Shown here: in pieces, positions 53,550 to 64,000 of the stretch
How positions within the stretch are numbered: position 1 is the stretch's first letter
Layout: each line of letters opens with the position of its first letter
Origin: Chrysomallon squamiferum
Taxonomy: Eukaryota > Animalia > Mollusca
Length of the DNA: 64,000 nt
Direction of reading: 5' to 3'
Assembly (NCBI GenBank): GCA_012295275.1
Contig: CM022676.1
Span: 8,370,001 to 8,434,000, forward strand
Made by a program: the position numbers and the translations under genes
The notes under the pieces: model-generated
Told to the model about the DNA's origin: nothing
The model's input: the letters and a program-made list of their open reading frames with translations, nothing else
The model's database searches: none

Positions 53550-53653
53550 CTCACACACTCTATCTCTCTCTCGTTCTCTCTCGCACTCTCTCACTATCTC
53601 ACTCTCTCTCTATCTCATTCTCGCTCTCACACGGTATCTCACTCTCTTTCTCA

Positions 53654-53740
<87 letters not shown>

Positions 53741-53789
53741 TTTCTCAGTTTGACTATATATTTCTCTCTGTCTCTTTGTCAGTTTATCT

Positions 53790-55450
53790 CTAGGTATCTG
53801 TATTTATCGGTATATCTGTATCTGTATCTCTGTATTTCTGTATATCTGTATATCTGTATATCTGTATATCTGTATCTTTGTATATCTGTATCTCTGTATA
53901 TCTGTATATCTGTATATCTGTATATCTGTATCTCTGTATATCTGTATATCTGTATCTCTGTATATCTGTATATCTGTATATCTGTATATCTGTATCTCTG
54001 TATATCTGTATATCTGTATCTCTCTGTATATCTGTATATCTGTATATCTGTATATCTGTATCTCTGTATATCTGTATATCTGTATATCTGTATCTCTGTA
54101 TATCTGTATATCTGTATATCTGTATATCTGTATCTCTGTATATCTGTATCTCTGTATATCTGTATCTCTGTATATCTGTATATCTGTATATCTGTATCTC
54201 TGTATATCTGTATATCTGTATATCTGTATATCTGTATATCTGTATCTCTGTATATCTGTATCTCTGTATCTGTGTATCTCTGTATATCTGTATCTCTGTA
54301 TCTCTGTATATCTGTATCTCTGTATATCTGTATATCTGTATATCTGTATATCTGTATCTCTGTATATCTGTATCTCTGTATATCTGTATATCTGTATATC
54401 TGTATCTCTGTATATCTGTATCTCTGTATCTCTGTATCTCTGTATATCTGTATATCTGTATATCTGTATCTCTGTATATCTGTATATCTGTATCTCTGTA
54501 TATCTGTATATCTGTATCTCTGTATATCTGTATCTCTGTATCTCTGTATATCTGTATATCTGTATCTCTGTATATCTGTATATCTGTATATCTGTATATC
54601 TGTATCTCTGTATATCTGTATATCTGTATATCTGTATATCTGTATATCTGTATATCTGTATATCTGTATCTCTGTATATCTGTATATCTGTATCTCTGTA
54701 TCTCTGTATATCTGTATATCTGTATCTCTGTATATCTGTATCTCTGTATATCTGTATATCTGTATATCTCTATCTCTGTATATCTGTATATCTGTATCTC
54801 TGTATATCTGTATCTCTGTATATCTGTATCTCTGTATATCTGTATATCTGTATATCTGTATCTCTGTATATCTGTATATCTGTATATCTGTATATCTGTA
54901 TATCTGTATCTCTGTATATCTGTATCTCTGTATCTGTGTATCTCTGTATATCTGTATCTCTGTATCTCTGTATATCTGTATCTCTGTATATCTGTATATC
55001 TGTATATCTGTATATCTGTATCTCTGTATATCTGTATCTCTGTATATCTGTATATCTGTATATCTGTATCTCTGTATATCTGTATCTCTGTATCTCTGTA
55101 TCTCTGTATATCTGTATATCTGTATATCTGTATCTCTGTATATCTGTATATCTGTATCTCTGTATATCTGTATATCTGTATCTCTGTATATCTGTATCTC
55201 TGTATCTCTGTATATCTGTATATCTGTATCTCTGTATATCTGTATATCTGTATATCTGTATATCTGTATATCTGTATCTCTGTATATCTGTATATCTGTA
55301 TATCTGTATATCTGTATCTCTGTATATCTGTATATCTGTATCTCTGTATATCTGTATATCTGTATCTCTGTATATCTGTATATCTGTATATCTGTATCTC
55401 TGTATCTCTGTATCTCTGTATATCTGTATATCTGTATCTCTGTATCTCTG
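53790..55450. repeat. 1.7-kb octamer satellite built from two variants, TATATCTG and TATCTCTG
   Basis: Direct reading; explains the 566-590 aa YICISV / RYTDIQ ORFs. Confidence 0.95.
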
Positions 55451-55547
55451 TCTTTGCATATCTCCTTCTCACTCCATTGTTACATCTTTCACACATGATA
55501 TTACATAACGATACAGCATCTGATATTATATATATTATGTGGTGTTG

Positions 55548-55579
<32 letters not shown>

Positions 55580-55589
55580 TTCTAGCAAA

Positions 55590-56741
55590 ATGCTATCATC
55601 CAGAAAAGAAAAGCCGATTGTTAGCGATTTACTCAAAAGATTTTCTCTTATTTGTGACTTGATGGTAGTTCCTGACGAGTTCAGAGTGACACTTTCGAAT
55701 CTCGTAGAAAAACAAGTTTCCCAAGAAGGTGGCTATCATCATCGTTCAGTTGCCTTGTTCCGTGTCGTATTCTGTGCGTGTTCGAGTACGTGCGTGTGTG
55801 CGTGTTTGAGTGTGTGTATTTACGAATGAATATTCTGTCTTACGAAATAAATCTACTTAAAAGATACATCTCTTATTGATTCCATATCGCAGGTGTCTGT
55901 TTCTCTGTGTATTTGATTTTGTGTGTGAGTTTGTATATGTATTTTTGTATGTATATGTGTATATGTGTGTTATGCTTTTGTGTGTGTGTGTATATATGTT
56001 TGTACCTATATATGTATGTGTATATATACAGATCAGAGTTTATTTATTTATTTGTTTGTTTGTTTGTTTGTTTATACATACAGAAAGTCAATGGTATATA
56101 CATATCAGATTTTATTTATCTATTTATTTATTTACTACACAGACAGAAAGTCGATATACGAACTAACCTTTCATACAAGTGATGTTATGTATGCTGGGAC
56201 GAACGCTAAGATATTTATCGCTCTGATTGGCAACAAAGGAACATCGTCAGTGTACACTCTTAAAGATAGTCAGTGCGACTTTGAGCGAAATATGACAAAC
56301 GTATTCAAGGTATTTTTAACTCTTCTTTCTTTACTGAATAAACACTACTGTATTCATTCTCTCTCACACCCTCTCACACTCTCCCTCACACTCTCTCTCT
56401 CATTATCTCTCTCAGGTGTTGACAAAACGTTTTTATTATCAGTTATACTGAACACATGTCGTTGCATACATGGGTATATGGCTGTTTGGAAGACATGTAT
56501 GTATGTATGTATATGTGTGTTGTGTGTGTATGCACATATTTGTGTGTCTGTATGTATGTATGGGTATATTTGTATGTTTCTATATATAAACAAATGAACA
56601 TACTCATATATTCCTAAGTACATAAAAGACACACCAACACATGTATGTAGATAGGTAGGTAGGTAAGTAAGTAGGTAGGTAATAAGCTACGTATCTAAGT
56701 ATGTATTTATATACTTGTGTGTATGTGTGTGTGTATATATA

Positions 56742-56772
<31 letters not shown>

Positions 56773-56773
56773 G

Positions 56774-56848
<75 letters not shown>

Positions 56849-59101
56849 CAATGTTTCTATTTATTTGCAGTTAGAGGCAGAAAACGTGGGTTTTGTGAAG
56901 GATATCATCATAGGACATGACAACAACGGGCTGTTTGCTGCCTGGCACCTCGACTGGGTAAATCAACAGACTACATTACAATACATTAACTTACATTACG
57001 TAGCGTTTTGTTATCTTGTATTATATTATGTTATTTTTGTGACGTTATGCTATATTATATTATATTCTATTATATTATCTTATATTATATTATATTACAT
57101 TAAATTGCATTACGTAACGTTATGTTATCTTATATTATATTATGTCATTTATCTTACGTTATGCTATACTGTATAATATTATATTATATTATATTACATT
57201 ACATTACATTACATTACGTTATGTTATGTTATCTTATTTCATATCATATTATGTTATGTTCTGTTACATACACTACGCTATATACACTTCACTACACTAC
57301 ACTACATTACACTACACTACACTACACCACATTACATTACACTACACTACATTTCACTATACTACACTACAATACAATACACTACACTACACTACATTTC
57401 ACTACACTACACTACACTACACCACATTACACTACACTACACTACATTTCACAACACTACACTACAATACACTGTACTACACTACACTACATTTCACTAC
57501 ACTACACTACACTACATTACATTACACTACACTACATTTCACTATACTACACTACACCACATTACATTACACTACACTACATTTCACTACACTACACTAC
57601 ATTTCACTATACTACACTACACCACATTACATTACACTACACCACATTACACTACACTACACTACATTTCACTACACTACACTACACCACATTACATTAC
57701 ACTACACTACATTTCACTATACTACACTACAATACAATACACTACACTACACTACATTTCACTACACTACACTACAATACAATACACTACACTACACTAC
57801 ATTTCACTACACTACACTACACTACACTACAATACACTACACTACACTACATTTCACTACACTACACTACACTACAATACACTACACTACACTACATTTC
57901 ACTACACTACACTACACTACACTACACTACACTACACTACATTTCACTACACTACACTACACTACACTACACTGTACTACACTACACTACACTACACTAC
58001 ACTACACTTCACTACACTACACTTCACTACACTACACTTCACTACACTATACTTTACTATACTATACTAATGCAGTATCACTAATTCCTCTGGTCTTTAA
58101 CAGGTTATTGTGGAGAAGTTTCTGGACGCAAACGAACAGAAGGAATACATATCGAAGCTAAGGGCAGACCCACATTGTCCTAGCGGAGTGTTTCGTAAAT
58201 CTGGAGAAATCGCTCGACAACCTTTCTCTGTGTCATACTATTTCGAGTGCCAAAACTGGATAGACCAGAACAATCCAGCTAGAAAACTTACGTGCCCTAA
58301 AGAAGAACTTAATTATGTAGATGGTAACCATAGATACTTACTTACTTATATACGTAACTGTAACAGATATATAATATTACTGTGTATGTGATTCTTATAC
58401 TTACTGCTTTTAATAACATACTACATGCATTCAAATAATTATACATGCACATATGTTCATAAACATTTATTTGTTAATATAATTTTAGATTAATTAATTA
58501 ATTAATTTATTGTCTGTCTGTCTGTCTCTGTCTGCCTATCAGTGTGTCTGTCTGTCTCTGTCTGCCAGTGTCTGTGACTGTCTGTATTTTTGTTTGTCTA
58601 CACGTCTTCCTATCAATCAATTAATAGTTTAATTAAATTTATTTATTTATTTATTCAATTAATTATTTATTTATTTATATATTTTCTTATTTATTTATTT
58701 ATTTAATAATTTGTTTGCTTGCTTGTTTGTTTGTTTGTTTATTTATTTATATTTTATTTATTTTTTTTATGTATTTAATTATTATTATTATTATTATTAT
58801 TTTTTTTTTTTTTTTTTTTTTTCAGTCCTACAGACTGAACATACCAGAGAGAAGCGAACTGACATGAAGACTCATTCTGTAAGAGGAGGTATGTTTCATT
58901 CATTCATTCATTCGTTCGTTCGTTCGTTCATTCACTGAGTATGTTTTTCTTCAGATTTTGACATTTAACATTACTGAAATACTATGTGGTTTTTTAATGG
59001 GGAAAGACCACTCATTTTGATATCGCACTTTTCTATATCTGTATAACATCATGTTTATTAATTGAAGTGCGGTAAGCCTTGGTCGACAAGAAAGAATAAA
59101 A

Positions 59102-59159
<58 letters not shown>

Positions 59160-59269
59160 TTTCAGCTGACCCTGCAATCGCTGAAGAAGATATCAAAAAC
59201 CACCTCCAACTGAAAAACCACAAGGCAATTCAACTTAATTAAACTGTTCCGTTTATCTCCTTCTGTTTG

Positions 59270-59341
<72 letters not shown>

Positions 59342-59439
59342 ACACACGCAGAAAAACACACTAAAAGAAATATGTAAATACAAACACTGATCATTTCTGG
59401 CTATCCACTTAATCTTTTTTTTCTTTCTTTCTTTGGTGT

Positions 59440-59490
<51 letters not shown>

Positions 59491-59981
59491 TATATTTGTT
59501 TATTTATTTAATGTTTATTTATTTATTTATTTATTTTTTATATATATATTTGTTTGTTTATTTAATGTTTATTTATTTATTTATTTATTTCTCGTTTTTT
59601 TTTTATTTGTTTAATGTTTATCATTTATTTTATTTATTTTTTTTATTTATTTTTCATTTATTTATCTATTTGTTAGTTTGTTAGTTCGTTTGTATATTTA
59701 TTAATTAATTTATTTGTTTATTTATTCATTTGTTTATTTTTATATATATTTATTTGTTTATTTTTTATTTATTTATGTTTTTGTTTGTTTATTTATCTAC
59801 TCATTTGTTTGATTATTTATTTGTTTGTTGTTTATCTATTTATGTATTTATTCATTTGTTTATTATTTGTTTATTTGTTTATCTATTTATTCATTTCTTT
59901 CTTTCTTTTTTCTTTACTATTTATTTATTTATTTATTTTATTTATTTATTTATTTGTTTATTTATTTATTTATTTATTTGT

Positions 59982-60012
<31 letters not shown>

Positions 60013-60065
60013 TTTGTTTATTTACTTATTTATTTATGTATTTATTTATTTATTTATTTATTTGT

Positions 60066-60096
<31 letters not shown>

Positions 60097-60125
60097 TGTA
60101 TATATTTATTTATTTATGTATGTAT

Positions 60126-60168
<43 letters not shown>

Positions 60169-60173
60169 TTTGT

Positions 60174-60216
<43 letters not shown>

Positions 60217-60229
60217 TGTATGTATTTGT

Positions 60230-60264
<35 letters not shown>

Positions 60265-60298
60265 TTTGCAGTTTGGTTAGTAGGAGATGTTCCTCCTC
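55590..60298 (+). CDS. Single PLAT/LH2-domain protein (lipoxygenase-homology domain); terminal exon uncertain
   Basis: In-phase exons 55590-55728, 56143-56309 (YELTFHTSDVMYAGTNAKIFIALIGNKG..FERN), 56871-56957 (IIIGHDNNGLFAAWHLDW), 58104-58323 (VIVEK...YYFECQNWI), 58826-58888. Candidate terminal exons start at 59166 or 60272 (WLVGDVPPPRLLDP*, which would stop at ~60318). Confidence 0.8.
57000..58065. repeat. (TTATA/TTACA) grading into (ACTAC)n pentamer satellite in a PLAT-gene intron
   Basis: Direct reading; source of the HYTTL ORFs. Confidence 0.9.
59440..60268. repeat. (TTTA)n microsatellite tract
   Basis: Direct reading. Confidence 0.9.
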
Positions 60299-60411
60299 CG
60301 AGACTGCTAGATCCGTAGAGAGCTACAGTGAAGACTCAAACATCTCTTACGCGTGTTACACGTTCATGCATTCTCTTGTCTGAGAAAGTGTTCACCACTT
60401 TGTTTTATTTA

Positions 60412-60436
60412 ACTTTGTTTGACGCCAAGTAGCCGA

Positions 60437-60467
<31 letters not shown>

Positions 60468-60540
60468 GTGCTGGGGTGTCATTAAACATTCATTCATTCA
60501 TTCATTCATTCGTTCGTTCGTTCATTCATTCATTCATTTG
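60412..60540 (+). mobile_element. SINE/LINE-like 3' tail ending in (CATT)n
   Basis: tttgtttgacgccaagtagccgat..gtgctggggtgtcattaaac followed by cattcattcatt; a tandem-repeat tail is typical of non-LTR elements. Confidence 0.5.
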
Positions 60541-60738
60541 TTAGTGCTATTATATGACTTTACACATTATATTTTTACGTTTATGAACAGTCATTGTTAA
60601 CAAGTCATCTTTGTGTATGTCTACCTGCTTCGTATTTGCTTAATGTTCGTAACATAATTTACATTCGTAGATATTCATTTATACATTTGTTAATAAGAAT
60701 CACTTGTTAAAACATTTTCAAACTTTGTTGGGCTTTTG

Positions 60739-60769
<31 letters not shown>

Positions 60770-60924
60770 CATACATATACAGTGTGTCTGTCTGTCTATC
60801 TATCTGTCTGTCTATCTATCTATCTATCTGTTTGTCTGTCTAACCATCTATATATATTTCCCTGCCTGTCTTTCTGTTTCTCTCTCTGTCTGTCTGTCTG
60901 TTCATCTTTTAATCTATCTAATAG

Positions 60925-60969
<45 letters not shown>

Positions 60970-60998
60970 GACACACTCACAAACACACACACACATAG

Positions 60999-61031
<33 letters not shown>

Positions 61032-61340
61032 GACACACACGCACACACAATCTTCCTCACTCCTTCTCTCCATCTCTCAGTCTCATTCATTGTTAGAGAA
61101 GCGTCACACAATTTTTCATAAGCCAGGTTTCTGTGTAATCTTCATCAACGATTCTCTTTTGATACGGATGGTTTAGCAGAAGCAAGAAGACCATTGTGTA
61201 ACACAGGACAACCTTTAGTAACAAAAACACGTTTTCACTGAGAATTAACACGGGACGACACAATCAAGGCACTGTGCCTGTTTCCAGCTTAACAGCGTGT
61301 GTACTGGTAATAGTAATGAAATGTTTTATAGACGAGACAC

Positions 61341-61371
<31 letters not shown>

Positions 61372-62663
61372 AGCAAAGATGTTTTATTTCTCCAGAGACT
61401 ACATCGAGTGAACCTTTGAGAATATACAAACGAAACATATTTTTAATAAAATTTCGTAATCAAGTGAAATGTCTTATTGATCTCTAAATATTAAAAAAAC
61501 CCAGTTTATTGTTCTAAAGAATGCACGGAGAGCAGTATTTACAACAACGTAAAAGCAATACATAATTTAAATAGTGTTTTCTTTAGTGTCACAAGACATA
61601 TTAATTATCATTATGAAGTTACAGCCTCGCTTTCAAAAAAATCTAATTTCGTATCGATATGTAATCATTTATTTTTGTAGTAAGACATGTATTATTCTAA
61701 AGACTGCACGAAGTTCAGTATTGAAAACACATACAAACAAAACATAATATAAAACATAATTTCTTCAATCTCACAATACATAACACGTGTAATATTATTA
61801 TTATATGAAGCCACCGCCTTGCAATCAAATCAAGCTTGTTATCGATCGTTTATTTTTGTACTGCTTGTAGAATTAATTTAATGTAACAGAGAAGCAAAAT
61901 ATGATACCCAGTCACGCTAAATTCCAATTATAAAAATTACTCGAAACCAAAGATAAAAAAAAATCAAAAAAAAATCTGAAAACTGAAGAATTAAATACAT
62001 CTTAATACTGGGGGATTAGAGAGATTAAGAGTACAATATATTTTAAACTGAAAACAACAATCTAATCTAGCCTTTGTTCTTTTCACCGTTACAAAAGAAA
62101 TGACCTGGTTATTTACCGTGATAAGCTAAAGTTTGTTTTGGTATCAAGAAAAGGAGAAGACAATTTTCAGGTTAAAACAAGCTATTTTGATAGTCCGAGA
62201 TTGATTATAAAAACAGTCGCTGATTACGTTTTTCGGTCAATGAAAACTTTCTGCCTACTCATTGGTAGCAGAAAATAAGCAGATTTTCAACTACCAAGGA
62301 GTTGGCACATTTGTGACCCACTCCTACGAAACTTGCACGAAGTCCCAGAATAGCGATCACCGCTTCTTGTTTTGACAGTAATTGATGGCTATTTTTATCA
62401 GTTGGCAGAAGTTTGCTATTTTGAGTTTCTACGATCATTTTAACAGTAAAAATCAAAATCGCTTAACTTGGATTGTCATCAAGTTATCTGAAACAACAAT
62501 CAGAAACTATGTGTTTAATTATTAAGCATTTTATTAACAAGAAATTCAACAGAATCCTCAGAGGTTTCCTTGACTTAGTCGACACAGTTTTTCAATCCAC
62601 AGGAAAATATTTATATATATACACACAGTGGCTTTAATTCCGATGGCTACAGTGTTTAATGCA

Positions 62664-62990
62664 TAGGTAGAGGATCCAGTATCCGAAATTCCAAAATTCG
62701 AAAAGGTTTGAAATCCTTGCAGTGGAAAAATGTGATATATTACAGTTTCCAAATTTATTTTCCATTCATAAACTTTATTTTATGCACCAGATTATTTTGA
62801 ATATTATTTAAAAAGTCAGGCAGACTATTTGCGTAAGCTCTGTATGAAACATAAACGAAATCCTTATTTAGACGTTAGATACTAATCTCCGGCTATTTCT
62901 TTATGTTCCAAATTACGAAAAATTACGAAAAATTACGAAGTCCGAAACACTTCGAGTTCCAAACATTTCTGATAAAAGATTCTCAGCTGC
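62664..62990. mobile_element. Decayed Tigger/pogo-like (Tc1-mariner) MITE
   Basis: Left end aggtagaggatccagtatccgaaattccaaaattcgaaa and right end tccgaaacacttcgagttccaaacatttctgataaaagattctcagctg form imperfect inverted ends resembling Tigger4-type termini (from memory). Confidence 0.4.
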
Positions 62991-63410
62991 ACTGGAACAC
63001 GAAAATTAATTATTCCATCGTGAAGAAATTAAAGTGCGCCAATGTCAGTACAAATTATCTGAGATAAAAGGTAAATGTAGTTATACTTCTAAGTTATTAA
63101 CTATTGTGTAGTTCTGGGCAAACAGTCATCATTAAAAACAAATTATAACACTGAGGTAATCAGATTGTATTTAGGCTATGTCTTTCAAGTAAAGCTAGCC
63201 GAAAAATATACCCGAAAACTACAACAAATAAATAAATAAATAAATAAATAAATAGACAAACAAATGAATGAAGAATGAACGAACAAACAAACGAACAACA
63301 ACAAACCAACAGATAAATAAATAAATAAATAAATAAAATAAACAAACGAACAAACAAACAAATTAATTAATTAATTAATTAACAAACAAACAAACAAATA
63401 AACAAACAAA

Positions 63411-63883
63411 TTACATACGATTGTAACACTCAGAATCTGGGTTACAGTCAACAAGGATCCCGTCTTCGTCATATTTGTATAATTCACAAGATGTGTCGAG
63501 AATACGGAAGTAACGACAATACGTCATTTCGGAACATCTTCTAGCACACTCCAGGTTATATGCGGAATAACTGCTTGCGATTTTCACGACGTTAGAAAGT
63601 GATGACGTCAGAATAAACAAGCTGTGAATATAATGATCAGGAATGAAAGCTGAAAATAAAAAAATAAAGAAGAAAAATTAATAAACTAATAATAGTAATA
63701 ACAGAGAAACGAACATACACACATAAATATACTATTACTACTTCTGCTGCTATTACCATTACAACACTACCACTACTACTATTACTATTACTACATACTA
63801 TAATTATCATCTTCTAAATTTAACATATTGGCTTTGCGTACCTGGTGTCGTCGTAGTTGTTGTTTCTTCTACGGTTGCGACCG
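63411..63883 (-). CDS. Last two exons of a protein with a Thr-rich linker and a C-terminal PAN/apple-like Cys module; 5' part outside the window
   Basis: Exon 63842-63883 (VATVEETTTTTTP, phase 1-1) and exon 63411-63649 (…LECARRCSEMTYCRYFRILDTSCELY…CYNRM*). The CxxxC-x5-C-xxF…CxL spacing is PAN-like. Confidence 0.7.
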
Positions 63884-64000
63884 CTGTTTTGAAATAAAAT
63901 AAAAACATGTAACCATAGAGATAACGTGGCTTTATATATACATACATACATACATATATACATTATATACACTGATACATATAAATATACATATACATAT

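Noticed and set aside
53726-55578. Long 566-590 aa ORFs on both strands
   Set aside because: Translations of a stop-free octamer satellite; no coding complexity.
57122-58161. 320-339 aa HYTTL-repeat ORFs
   Set aside because: Pentamer satellite inside a PLAT-gene intron bounded by canonical splice sites.

Overview
Eukaryotic, AT-rich, microsatellite-dense animal DNA; gene content and repeat style suggest a mollusc, probably a gastropod (inference). Spliced genes reconstructed by hand from GT-AG sites and frame continuity: (1) a minus-strand GH31 alpha-glucosidase (GAA/MGAM-like, 18 coding exons visible, two tandem trefoil domains, 3' end runs off the window start); (2) a small uncharacterised minus-strand gene (at least 2 exons); (3) a minus-strand TRIM-like RING/coiled-coil/Thr-Ala-rich/NHL gene with one frameshift; (4) a plus-strand 9-finger C2H2 gene with a disrupted N-terminal frame; (5) a head-to-tail ~5 kb duplication carrying two copies of a bacterial-type M4 (thermolysin/vibriolysin/LasB-like) metalloprotease; (6) an MFSD4-like transporter; (7) a single-PLAT-domain gene; (8) the last two exons of a PAN/apple-like gene. 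The M4 pair is the most striking signal. Both copies have a spliced signal-peptide exon missed by the ORF track. One keeps HEXXH. The other is a full-length open frame with HEXXH changed to REIAH and with substitutions concentrated around the active-site cleft. This looks like a horizontally acquired, domesticated protease plus a pseudo-protease sister.
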